Of a DNA stretch of 64,000 bases, positions 52,288-63,307 are shown one piece after another; position 1 is the stretch's first letter; each line of letters opens with the position of its first letter. The notes beneath the pieces were generated by a model. That model searched no databases and was not told the DNA's origin. It was given only the letters and a program-made list of their open reading frames with translations. The DNA is from Octopus sinensis (lineage: Eukaryota): contig NC_042997.1 of NCBI RefSeq assembly GCF_006345805.1, positions 189,596,001 to 189,660,000 on the forward strand, in the 5' to 3' direction. Made by a program: the position numbers and the translations under genes.

Positions 52288-52518
52288 TATTTCTTTATTG
52301 CCTACAAGGGGCTAAACATAGAGGAGACAAACAAGGACAGACAAAGGGATTAAGTCGATTACATCGACCCCAGTGCGAAATTGGTACTTTATTTATCGAT
52401 CCCGAAAGGATGAAAGGCAAAGTCGACCTCGGCGGAATTTTAACTCAGAACGTAATGACAGACGAAATCCTGCTAAGCATTTCGCCCGGCGCGCTAACGT
52501 GTCTGCCAGTTCGCCGCC
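52288..52518 (-). mobile_element. SINE family A monomer
   Basis: Homology to the other A copies; atcaatata on both flanks. Other A copies near 28990, 37278, 39225, 56375, 61093 and 63882. Confidence 0.9.
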
Positions 52519-52868
52519 AATCAATATAAAAAGGCGAAAAAGCATAAATGATACCAAACCACCAACTAACTAAACCATACCACATACTAACATTCTTTTG
52601 TGAACCCTTAAATACCAATCCTCTAAAAGCTGAGAAATCAAGTAAACACACCTACTTACAAAGGTTAAACTACTGGACTAATCTCTGAGATTTAACCTTC
52701 ACTTTTCAAAACAAAAGGTAAATAGCCTATTAATACCTAAACGAAACCAACAACAACCAAACCAAACGACGGATCAGCTGACCTAACTGCATTCTTTTGT
52801 GTCAGGTTACTCTAGAAAATTTTAACTTCGCAGAAACTATATAAAGCTAAGATGAACTTAATTGTATT

Positions 52869-52913
52869 TCAGTCCGATCATGGTTCAGCTGGCCGAAACT
52901 TCGAAATCGTTGT
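52869..52913 (+). ncRNA. Degenerate type I hammerhead-like motif, inverted homologue of 51729-51773
   Basis: tcagt-CCGATCA-tggttcagctggcc-GAAA-cttcgaaat-c-gttgt. Confidence 0.45.
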
Positions 52914-53134
52914 CAATACTAATCTTGTTAAAGGAAAATACAATTTGTACATCACCAAATGTACAGAGTAATCCTTCAATTTAATGTAAAATTGTCTTTA
53001 TTATAACATTAAAGCAACCATATATATATAAATCCTTAAATCCATAAAAATGTTTCAGCCCGAAAGCTGTGGCCATGCTGGGGCACCACCGTTGAAAGAG
53101 CTATACTAGTATGTGAAACTACCTCTGATACGTG

Positions 53135-53600
53135 GCACTTGGTCAACAAGGGAGTTTAATTTTAAAGAAACCCACATCCACACCATGCAGGTCTCTCAGG
53201 CGTTTAGGAAGGATATTGAAGAGCTGTGGTCCCATGAAACCCAAGCTGTTGCAGTATCTGGTCCTGTATTTTGATGATGATGTTGGAATCTTTGGCACCA
53301 TGCAGTGGCGCCCTGTTCTGCTGTTGCGGTAACTTTCAATGCCAAAATTTGGGACAAGACCCTCCAGGATTTTCCAGATGTATATCACTGCATATCTCTC
53401 CCGCCTTCGCTCCAGGGAGAAGAGTTTTAATACTTTCAGTCTTTCCCAGTAGCTGATAAGTTGCATTGAGACGATCTTCTTAGTGTAGCTTCGTTGGATT
53501 GCTTCGAGTTCTGCTGTTAACTTTATATTGTGCGGGTGATGAGAAAAGGACTGAGTGAATTGTATGTACCTGAGTTCAAGTGTTATGAGAGCAGACATCC
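53135..53600 (-). mobile_element. CR1-group LINE ORF2 C-terminal relic
   Basis: ELEAIQRSYTKKI...SYWERLKVLKLFSLERRRERYAVIYIWKILEGLVPN...GPQLFNILP. Confidence 0.88.
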
Positions 53601-53879
53601 TTAAGGAGCAGAGGCTGCTGTAGTAATGACAGAAAGTAGACAATCCAAGGGATTATTTTGTGAATCTTGGATGGTAATCGGAAAACAAATCTCTTGTAGG
53701 AATCGAACTCACAACACAAAAGGACGTGACTAAAGAAGGCAAAGCAAATTTGTCCAACACTTTACCGATTCAGCCAACATCCCTCCAGTAATTAGATTTA
53801 ATAAAAACCTCTTACTCATTAATCTTCATTATCTTATATTTAAAATTTTTTTTCACTTCTTTCTCCTTCTCCCTCCATT

Positions 53880-55075
53880 TTTCCTTCCTCTCTCTCTCTC
53901 TCTTGGTTTCCCATTCTCTCTCCCTGTCTGTCTGTCTGTCTGTCCGTCTGTCTGTCTCTATTTGTCTGTCTTTCTTCTGTCTCTGTCTTTCAGTCTGTCT
54001 GTGTCTGTCTGACTGTCTGCCCATCTGTCCGTCAGTCTGTCTGTCTGTCTCTCTCTCTCTCTCCTCCTCCTCTTCCTCATGCCTTGCTTTTCTGCACTTT
54101 TTCTCCTCCTTCCTAATACTTTACATAACTCAACCTATGCTCCCCCGTTCTACCCCCTTTTCTTTCTTCCCCAATTCTCTTGTACTTCCTTCCTATCCTA
54201 CAACTAAACATAACTAGATTAGTCTTATCCTTCTCCCCCCCCTACACTCCTACCATTCACGTTCATTCTTTCCCTCCCCATTTCTACATAATTTATTAAC
54301 TTCTTCCTTACTCCCACCTGTTCACTATTCATTCCTCCTCCTCCCACACCCTTTCTAGTATATCCTTCTGTTCATCCTTTCTTACCTATCCTTCAACTTC
54401 ATCATTTTCTTCTCTCATTACCTCCTCTGCCTTTCACCACGCCCCTTTTGCGATTTCTCTTTCTACATTCCGGTACGCCCCCTTCTTTTTGACATTTCTC
54501 CTCCCCTTCTTTCGAGACGCTTTTTTTCCCCTCACTTTGTCATTACTATCTCCTGCCACCACATCCCTTCTGGCTATTCTCTTACTACCCTCCCCCCTTT
54601 ATTATTTATTCCTCTTCTTCCAATAAACTATCCATTTTCCAAAACCTATCTTTTGACTTCTCAGGAAAACTCCCACCTTTCTTACACGACGACGACGACA
54701 ACGACGAACTCCACCATCGCCGCTGCCGCCACCATCGCCGCTGCCGCCACCATCGCCACCGCCGCCGCCGCCACTACCACCGACACTACCGCCGCCACCA
54801 CTGCCACCGCCGCTACCGCCGCCGCCACTACCACCGCAGCCGCCACCATTACCGCCGCCACTACCGCCACTACCACCACCACAACCACCACCACCGCCAC
54901 CGCCGCCACCGCCACTACCACCGCCACTACCGCCGCCGCCACTACCACCGCAGCCGCCACCATTACCGCCGCCACTACCGCCGCTACCACCACCAAGACC
55001 ACCACCACCACCATCACCACCACCACCACCACCACCACCACCACCACCACCACCACCACCACCACCACCACCACC

Positions 55076-55108
<33 letters not shown>

Positions 55109-55221
55109 TTATTCTTACGTTCGTTTTTCTCCCCTTTTCTTCTCCCATCGCATTCTTCTGCACATTCTTTACCCCCTCCCCCCTTCCACTATCCTCCGCT
55201 TACGAACGTTCTTCCCTTCCC

Positions 55222-55259
<38 letters not shown>

Positions 55260-55260
55260 A
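53880..55260. repeat. Pyrimidine-rich low-complexity tract plus (CCG/CCA)n repeats
   Basis: Direct inspection. Confidence 0.9.
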
Positions 55261-55714
55261 TAACTTACTTTACATATTTCCCTTCCTTACCACATCAACG
55301 GGGCTGGAGGCAGGCCCTACGTGGTCGTACAACATGTCAGAAATAGCTGCCAGGTCATTCTTCAATTGTATCCCTACAGTCTTTAATAACAAAAAAAAAA
55401 CACTCCAGATTAAGTAGTCTTACACACATTCCTAAAGAGACAGGGTAGTCACGGCTAGATCACTACTGCCATGGGTCACAGGTCAGGTCAGTTCGATCAA
55501 GCTTGACCCATAGCTAAACAGCAATGATGACAATAATAGCATCAGTAACCATAGCAACGACAATAACAACTGCAACTTTAATTCCATTCAGCTTCCCTCG
55601 CCACTTAACATCCCTTTCTTTTATGGCTTCTCTCAGACCTCATCCGTCAATATCGATTGACGGATATCTATAACTATCAGATCTGTCAATATCTAAAAAT
55701 AATTTCTTTTATGA

Positions 55715-55955
55715 ATAAACGAGCAAAACGCCCCCCACCCCGTCCAATATATGATAGATCGTTAGCTCCTACACGCATTTTTTTCTCTCCTTGTTTCTCT
55801 CCTTGTTTTTTTTCTGTGTATCTTTCTGTCGAAGAGCGTAGGCTCGAAACATAAAAGACTTTTTTCTATTTCTATTCCTGAGCGCTATACTAATACATTT
55901 GTTTGTTTGTACTCCACATGCCTTCGTCTTTTGTTTATTTTCGTAAACTTTCCCG

Positions 55956-56002
<47 letters not shown>

Positions 56003-56372
56003 CAAAACGCCCCCCCCCCCGTCCAATGAACGGTGCTGATTTGTCAAACATTTAAACCAAATTTTCTCAAAACAGCTTGTCTGACCGTCCCATAGGCCTC
56101 CCCTTTGAGAGACTCTGATTTAACCTAAATTTGAGACACCAGCAAAAGAAGAAATAAAGATAGACTTTTTTTTCCATTCCAAAGAAAAACGATTTTATTC
56201 ACTTCATCGATCGCATTCTCACCTGGAATCGATTTTTGTAATTTTTTCAAGACTTATACACGCCCTGATATCGTCAGTATCTACATATCAAATTTCAGCG
56301 CAATCCGATGGAGGATGCCCGAGATCCTAGAAGACACAGACACAGACAGGCAGAACGGATTTTATATAATAG
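55715..56372 (+). mobile_element. Helentron/DINE-1-like non-autonomous element whose 5' end is split by an HHR-bearing insert
   Basis: 3' aaatttcagcgcaatccgatggagg...gacacagacacagacaggcagaacggattttatataatagat; 28-bp direct repeat at 55721-48 and 56000-27. Confidence 0.55.
55821..55858 (+). ncRNA. Minimal type I hammerhead-like motif (CUGUCGA variant)
   Basis: TCTTT/AAAGA, CTGTCGA, GAGC-gtag-GCTC, GAAA, cat-a (one change from palindromic ACGT). Confidence 0.55.
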
Positions 56373-56883
56373 ATAATCCTTTCTACTATAGGCAGGGGTC
56401 TGAAGTTTTGGGGGAGAGGATAAGGCGATTACATCGACCCCAGTGCATAACTGGTACTTATTACATCGACTCCGAAAGGATGAAAGGCAAGGAATTTGAA
56501 CTCAGAACGTAGTGACAGGTGGAATACCGCTACTGATGTTATCCACAGGAAAGGCAAAGGCCGATACCGTTTGACACCAAGTGACATTGCAACTCATTTC
56601 TACTACTGAGTGAATTGGAGCAACGTGTCTTGCTCAAGAACGCAACACGTACCCCGGTCCGAGAATCGAACCCACTACCTCATGACTGTGAGCCCGACGC
56701 TCTAACTACAGAGCCATGCGTGAGATAGTAAAGTGTAATTTGAGGGATATCTGGTTGCGTTATCCAGCAAATATGTTCTTTGCACTGCAGGTACCTCGTC
56801 GGCTCGTGCTGGAATGTATTACAGCGATTGATGAACGCTTAGATCAGCGATAGACAATCTTTTTCAGAAGCAAGTCCTCAAAT

Positions 56884-57265
56884 TTTTTTCCTGCCTTTAA
56901 CCCTCAGACGCGGAGTATAGGCCACTTATAATTGAATTCCATGTCGCATAATTTTTCGCTTCTGTACTTATACTCTGCCATGAATGTCCCCCTTTCTCTA
57001 GTTCCTTTTGTGTTGATCTACGCCACGAGTTCTTAGGCCTACCTTTCTTTTTATACCCATTCGGATTCCATTGCAAAGCACTTTTCGCTACATTTGGTGT
57101 TTCTTTTCTAATTGTGCTACCAATCCACTTCCACTTTTTCTTAAATATTTTCTCCTTAATCGAAACTTGAATTAGAAGCAATAGCTGCCAAACTAGGATT
57201 GAAAGTCAACCGCGACAAATCAAAAATTATGCGCGTTAATCAAGAAAACAGCGAACGTATTAAAT
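56884..57265 (-). mobile_element. RTE LINE 3' end with an inverted 5' segment and 9-bp TSD
   Basis: Minus: KKKWKWIGSTIRK..ALQWNPNGYKKKGRPKNSWRR. Plus 57172-57262: LEAIAAKLGLKVNRDKSKIMRVN. tcctcaaat at 56875-83 and 57266-74. Confidence 0.85.
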
Positions 57266-57320
57266 TCCTCAAATGTCATTAGAAAAATGTCACGAGTCAC
57301 GAAATCTAAATTTACTTTTA

Positions 57321-57744
57321 GTTGCATTATGGGATCTTTTCGGTTTGAAAGGCAGTTATTTCTAGCGGTATCATATGAAATTGTCACCCATAATTATGAC
57401 CCTAGTATCGATCTATTGCATTTCAATCTGTTTTAGGGTTAGGGGTGGGGGGAAGGGTATCTTTTTTTCTTCAGAAATGTAAATAAACCCAATCTGTTTC
57501 TTAAACGAGGGACATATTCATACGGCACAGAATGTTTTCACCTCAATAGACGTCATTGATTGGTTGAAATTGCAGAAATTGAAGAAAAAAAAACAACAAA
57601 TATCTTACAAACTATAGAATTTTCTCAATAAAGCCAAGAGAAAAAGATGTTTTATGTAACACATTCTACCAGTATACGAAGTTTAAAAGTGTTTAGTTAC
57701 GTGGAAATTATTTTAAAAAACCGAAAAGATCCGCATTATGCAAC
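57321..57744. mobile_element. MITE with about 26-bp TIRs
   Basis: gttgcattatgggatcttttcggttt ... aaaccgaaaagatccgcattatgcaac. Confidence 0.8.
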
Positions 57745-59087
57745 GTTATAAATTATAAATTAATTGTATAATTCATCCACTTTCCCCTAGCATTTTTGTG
57801 ATTGAGGGACCTGATTTTTCTTTTACTTTTTACTAATATTTTCCTATTCCGTCGGTCTTAAGAATTCTTTATGCATTCAAGCAGTCTGGGTTATAATGAA
57901 ATACTCGAACAATTTTTTATTCAAGTGTTTTCTTGAGCTTGTTAATATTCCTGGCGACTATCTTCGCTACAGACTTTTGGAGCTGTTGACTTTCAAGGAA
58001 GCCATCGATCGTTGTGAGGAAGTGAGGTAGATGGGAATTACTGAGGTCAGTTTGGATGCAAGCTAGTAAACGATTGTTTGGAATGAATGGACAAAGGCAC
58101 TTTCTGGAGGCTCTAGGCAAATGAGAATACTGGCCTCCATGACATCTGAAATAAGCTTCTTAACCATTAGCTTTGTTTCACTGCATAACCAACCTTGATT
58201 TGAATTATTAAGCAGCATTATTGGAGATTTTTCTTTACTTATGTCTGTGTGATGGCAGATTTAGAAGCTTCCATGAATTTTAATATTCTTCTGTAAATTC
58301 TTTCTCCTAGTTTTAAACATCATAAATTGATTTATATTTGTGACAATTTCCTGCTGACCGTAACAATTTGGGGCAAAAATATAGCTCTTTTGCATTACCA
58401 TTTGTATGTTAGGAAATGATGTTATACATTAAATAAAAAATACTCAACAATTCGTCAGCTGTCAATAGTGCCATTACTGTCGAAAGGAAATCTTCCCTCT
58501 CCAAATTATAAACTATTTTGTCTTTTTTTTTTTTAATAAAGTGATCTGACAGCTCATCTCCAAAATGATGGGACACCATTTTTGTAGATAGTTTAAAGAC
58601 TTTCACGCTGGTCTAAGTAGATGAGTATCTAAGGCAACTACAGATTTCAACAGCTTCTGCCCCTTTTGGAATCAATGGTAGGGTCTCTCGGAAGTTACTT
58701 GACAACACTTCTCGTTTGAAATTTATTGTCATACATGACTTGCTATTTTTTGACCAAGGCTCCAAGAGCGCGTTTGAGTGTCATTGTTTAGTCATCCCAG
58801 GCAAGCATTTGGAACCTCTTGTCTGGATCTCAAACTCATGTTGTTAGTAGGTGCGGAATGTACCATACGTCCGCCAGGAAGAAGTGACAATTACAATAGC
58901 TATACCCTTATGCTGGTCTTTGACAAGAAATATACTGATGAAAGGTATGTTTCCAGCTCCTATATGAACATCAAGAAAGAAAATTCCAACTTCTCGATGC
59001 CAAGCCTTATAAAAAATTATAACCTTGAATCCACACTTACTGCCCTCTTATTTAATGTATGTTTAGATCCAAGTCTTTTGATATATG

Positions 59088-59499
59088 ACTAGCACTATGA
59101 CCCGGCGTTGCCGGGTCTAGTGCTAGTGCTTGTTGTTCGTTGCCGGGTCGCAGTAAAAATTTCTCACTAAATCAAGAGCTAAGTTTCTTATCACATTTCA
59201 GCCCGGGCCAGTTTTGTTGTTTATGAGCTAGCTGGAGCTTTTTATGAGTGTAATTAATATTCATTGGACTTCGGCAATGCCCATATGCCCATAACTTATG
59301 GGCGTTAGGGGTCGGTTTATCGATTTTTTAAATGACTTTCTGGGGTGACTGGGGAAATGAAAAGATCTTCACGACCACCCTCAGACAGTTTTGAAAGCCC
59401 ATAGAAAATGTGAGCCTTTTACATGAAAAACTGGATTTGTATAAAGGACATACAGACACACAGATATACAGACATTTTGCCGTTTATAGATATAGAGAT
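59088..59499 (+). mobile_element. Helitron/Helentron-like non-autonomous element with terminal hairpin
   Basis: 5' hairpin actagcacta-t-gacccggc-gtt-gccgggtc-tagtgctagt; 3' acagacacacaga...tttatagatatagagat. Confidence 0.6.
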
Positions 59500-59630
59500 A
59501 CCAATGTATCGACATTGTGCTATGTCACCTTCAAAACTTATTTTGGTAGCATATTGACTTCAGTGTAGTAAGGGTGGAAGGCTGTATTTTTGAAGTTCTT
59601 GACCATTTATATCCTTGCGTTTGTACTCAC

Positions 59631-59946
59631 TGTAGTGTGATGGATGAAGAGGACAACAGAAGGAGAAGGAGAAAGAAATACAAACAGGCCTTACCTCGGC
59701 GAAGATCAGAGGTCTCTTACAAATTCGACACGTCCTGTCGCTTCCTCGTCTATGCTCGAACTGCCCGCTTCCTCGATGACCACACGTGCGTCCCGCTCGA
59801 CCGCTTCCGATACCCCCCCCCCGCACATGCGCCCTCCAGTCTTCCACCGGCCCGTGCAAGCCCTACTTCCGCCTACCTCATTTGTCATCCTCTCCACCGG
59901 CACCACAAGCTCGTCATGTCCCATAACACCGACTGCCAACACCACA
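59631..59946. mobile_element. Solo LTR (316 bp)
   Basis: TG...CA termini with short inverted ends (tgtagtgtg/caccaca); 5-bp TSD ctcac/cttac. Removing it restores the Helitron frame (ALTKSEYKRKDINGQEL). Confidence 0.85.
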
Positions 59947-60695
59947 CTTACTTTTCGTCAGGGCTGCATTGTAGCATTCATCTGTGTATTTTGTTTCCAT
60001 GCCAAGGTAAATCTGTTCTTATCTTTGATGCCTGAGATATTCAGCAATACCATCGCGGTACTTGATCCAAAATTGAAGTGAATTAGATGGTTCAAAGCAT
60101 GTATCCCAGTAGATGGCGCAAATCTTATTGACATTTAGATGTTGAAATGAACTGGGAGCTCGTACTTCATCGAAAAGAAGCCGTACTAGAAATCATTCAT
60201 GTTGACTAGTATACAGTACACACTCTTTGAGTGGTACTCAGAACTTATGTCAAGCTGGCCTTCAACAGCAACACTTTGCTTTACTCATATGTATGGCATT
60301 TTCCATGCATAACAGTACGGAACCTAATGATGCAGTAATATTTTTGTGAGGGTGTCATTTCTAGCACAGTTTGAAAACAGTTTTATGCGTTGTTTTCCTT
60401 GGATCTTGTAACAGCTCTGCAGTAGTTACTAGGGTGAAATGAACCCTTCGAACGTTTTCCAAGTGGACAAGTTGTTGAATGCTTGGTTATTTTTCATGAA
60501 AGCGCCAGAAAGCTTTCTTGTGGCTGATATATATTGTCCTTGACGAATTAGGCAACTTCTTCACAGAGAAAACAGTACGGTATCAGATGTCTTTTTAAAA
60601 TATTTGCTAACAATTTATGAACTTTATTCAATTACTAAACTCCCCGTTAATGCGTACATTAAATGCCTTCATTAAGAGTACGCAGTAAGTAGCTA

Positions 60696-61470
60696 CCGTA
60701 AATCCTCGAGTATAATCCGCATTTTCCCCCCTGAAATTTAAAGATCAAAATCCCTAGTGCGTATTATATGTGAGGTTAAAAATGACAAATATTTTCTAAG
60801 CAATGTCCGAGTCTCTATTTGCTGTCCAGCAATGTTTATTCGGACACATTTTGTGATGTCGGGTGCGAAATTACCTTAAGCTAAGCCTGAAAGCAATGAA
60901 GTCATAAAAGAATCACCCATAACTTGCAGTAAGCAATATTTATTAAAATAAAAGTATTCAGAACACAGAATAACATGTAACAAAAACAATTTACAAACAT
61001 ATTTACATTCCCATCTAACAGTTAAGAACATCACCATTATTGTATTACGCATGCGCGGAAGTGTTTGTTCGCCTAGGTGCTGCTGGCTTAATACCCATTT
61101 CTTTACTACCGACAAGGGGCTAAACACAGAGGGGACAAACAACGACAGACAAACGGATTAAGTCAATTACATCGATCCCAGTGCGTAACTGGTACTTAAT
61201 TTATCGACCCCGAAAGAATGAAAGGCAAAGTCGACCTCGGCGGAATTTGAACTCAGAACGTAACGGCAGACGAAATACCGCTAAGCATTTCGCCCGGCGT
61301 GCTAACGATTCTGCCAGTTCGTCGCCTTAATTACGCTGGCTTAATTACGCACGACTCAAGTTAGAGAAGGGGTGATATTATACACAAGGTTTAAGTTTTT
61401 CAGACGTACAGCCCCCTAAAAATCCCCTGCGTATTATACTCAAGGGCGGACTGTACTCGAGGATTTACGG
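60696..61470. mobile_element. TA-flanked pogo/Tc1-mariner-type MITE containing a SINE A (61093-61334)
   Basis: TIR ccgtaaatcctcgagtataatccgc / gcggactgtactcgaggatttacgg. Removing it restores the Helitron frame. Confidence 0.85.
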
Positions 61471-62218
61471 TATTCGTGTTTTGTCAATTTCGTGATACCC
61501 AAACAAAATTTGAAGTAGTTTTGCATATGTGAGCTTGCAATGTAAAATTCGAGTGCAAGAAGATATGGCAACGTAAATATATAGAAGAGTGAAAGAAAAA
61601 GGAAACCAAGAGAATAAGAGATAGGAAGGCAGAAGGTGGGAGAGGTTGAATGATATGATCCATGCAAGAAGTTTCATGTATGCACTGGCATCTGAACTTT
61701 CCTTGATTCTTTTCTTCTGTAAGGAATAACAACTTTTGTATGTTTGCGTATCCTTCACATAAGATATTGGAAACTGTTTGATACATTTGTTGTCTTCCAT
61801 GCGAAGTGAATTCTTGCTGAGGGCAATACAAGGAACGTTAGCCATTTTGGGTTTTAAGGAACGCAGACATGCTGAAATCACGTGATCTAGCAATTGCACC
61901 GACAACGCTGGACATACTTTGTCCAGTGATGATATTTTGTGCTCTTTAGCACTATTACGTCTATGTAAAATGCTTTCTCAGGATGAACACCCCAGTCTTA
62001 AGGCCTTCTTAAAGTATATCCACGTTAAGATTGTTTTCCGCTACTAAAACTGTTGCCTTCGCTAATAACTAATACATAAATACATACATACATACATACA
62101 TACATACATACATACATACATACATACATACATACATACATTCAAAATGTGACCGCGTGTGTACCGTTGGCGATTTTTTTTCTCTGTCTTCCCTTCTCTG
62201 GATCTTTCCTTCTCCTAT

Positions 62219-62253
62219 GTTTCCGACGAAGAGCTCCGCTCGAAATGTTAAGC
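62219..62253 (+). ncRNA. Minimal type I hammerhead-like motif (CCGACGA variant)
   Basis: GTTT/AAGC, CCGACGA, GAGC-tcc-GCTC, GAAA, tgt-t (C to T from palindromic ACGT). Confidence 0.55.
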
Positions 62254-62818
62254 CCTCCTTCTTTCCTTCTTTCCTGAGCGTCCAATAATACTATATTTGT
62301 TCCACATCCTCGCGTTGCTGTGTTTTTTTGTGCTTTCTTGTTCGGATTAACTTTACATACATACATCATACATACATACATACATACAAGCATGCATGCA
62401 TGCATGCATGCATGCACAGATACATGCATGCATGAATACATACTTACATGCATGCATACATACATACATGCATGCATGCATGCATACATACATACATACA
62501 TACATACATACATACATACATACATACATACATACATACATACATGTGTTTGTGTGAGTGTATGTGAGTGCGTATACGTACATATACATATATATGTTTG
62601 TGTGTGTGCGTGCGCTTATAAATTAATTTTATAAAGTGCTTATTAAAGTACATGACAACCTACCATTGAATTAAAACGCCGTATGATTCATGAGATTTAA
62701 AAACAGACTCTTGGGAAGAAATTTCGTGTCATTACTCATATAATTTCATGTACAGGCTTCTTAGCTCTAGTGGTCGTTGAGTACTCCTGATGAAGTGACC
62801 CGTATAAAAAAATTATGT

Positions 62819-62918
62819 NNNNNNNNNNNNNNNNNNNNNNNNNNNNNNNNNNNNNNNNNNNNNNNNNNNNNNNNNNNNNNNNNNNNNNNNNNNNNNNNNN
62901 NNNNNNNNNNNNNNNNNN
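62819..62918. other. Assembly gap (100 N)
   Basis: Direct inspection. Confidence 1.
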
Positions 62919-63171
62919 TTCAATTTCCGTTTACCAAATCCATTCACAAGGCTTTGGTCGGCCTTAGGCCAGAGTAGAAGACTCTAGCCCAAGGTGCCAC
63001 GCAGTGGGACTGAACCCGGAACCGTGTGGTTGGTAAGCAAGCTACCTACTATACAGCCACTCCTGTATATTTTGGCTGGTTCTACTTCGGGAATTTCGCT
63101 ATGTTACTTGACATAATAATAATAATATTTGCTGAATGAAACAGAAGATAGATTCGGCACTAGTCTTTATT

Positions 63172-63279
63172 CAGTTCAACGATCGTTTCGACCTTTCCTG
63201 CGACTGTCCTTTATGGGTGGGATGTTGTGCATCCAACTGTGCGGTATCGATCAGTGCAGTCTGAGTCACATCAGGTACA
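63172..63279 (-). ncRNA. Degenerate type I hammerhead-like motif with long stem II insert
   Basis: gtac-CTGATGT-gac...gtc-GAAA-cgatcgt-t-gaac followed by aataaa. Confidence 0.4.
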
Positions 63280-63307
63280 AGCATACATAAAGTGGTGTCC
63301 CGCTAAA

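Larger units (their letters stand above)
57900..61905 (-). pseudogene. Decayed Helitron RepHel (Rep plus PIF1 helicase) gene with nested insertions
   Basis: Collinear relics: KMANVPCIALSKNSLRMEDNKCIKQFP; EIDKTRIATYCVLLMKAFNVRINGEF; GQYISA..VHLENVRRVHFT; LRLLFDEVRAPSSF; FLDVHIGAG..PGGRMVHSA; WDD*TMTLKRALGAL; NFRETLPLIPKG; SPIMLLNNSNQGWLCSETKLMVKKL; INK..TL. Many stops and frameshifts. Confidence 0.88.

Noticed and set aside
54653-55417. Thr/Ala-rich mucin-like ORF
   Set aside because: Triplet-repeat artefact of (CCG/CCA)n.
57433-57444. TTAGGG x2 as an interstitial telomere
   Set aside because: Only two units, internal to a MITE.
59560-60081. Several overlapping 80-150 aa GC-rich ORFs suggesting a host exon
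   Set aside because: Explained by a solo LTR (TG..CA, 5-bp TSD) inside the Helitron relic.
11234-62653. Numerous YI/CV/MYVC/HTYI-repeat ORFs in the track
   Set aside because: Translations of (TA)n, (TG)n and (ATGT)n microsatellites.
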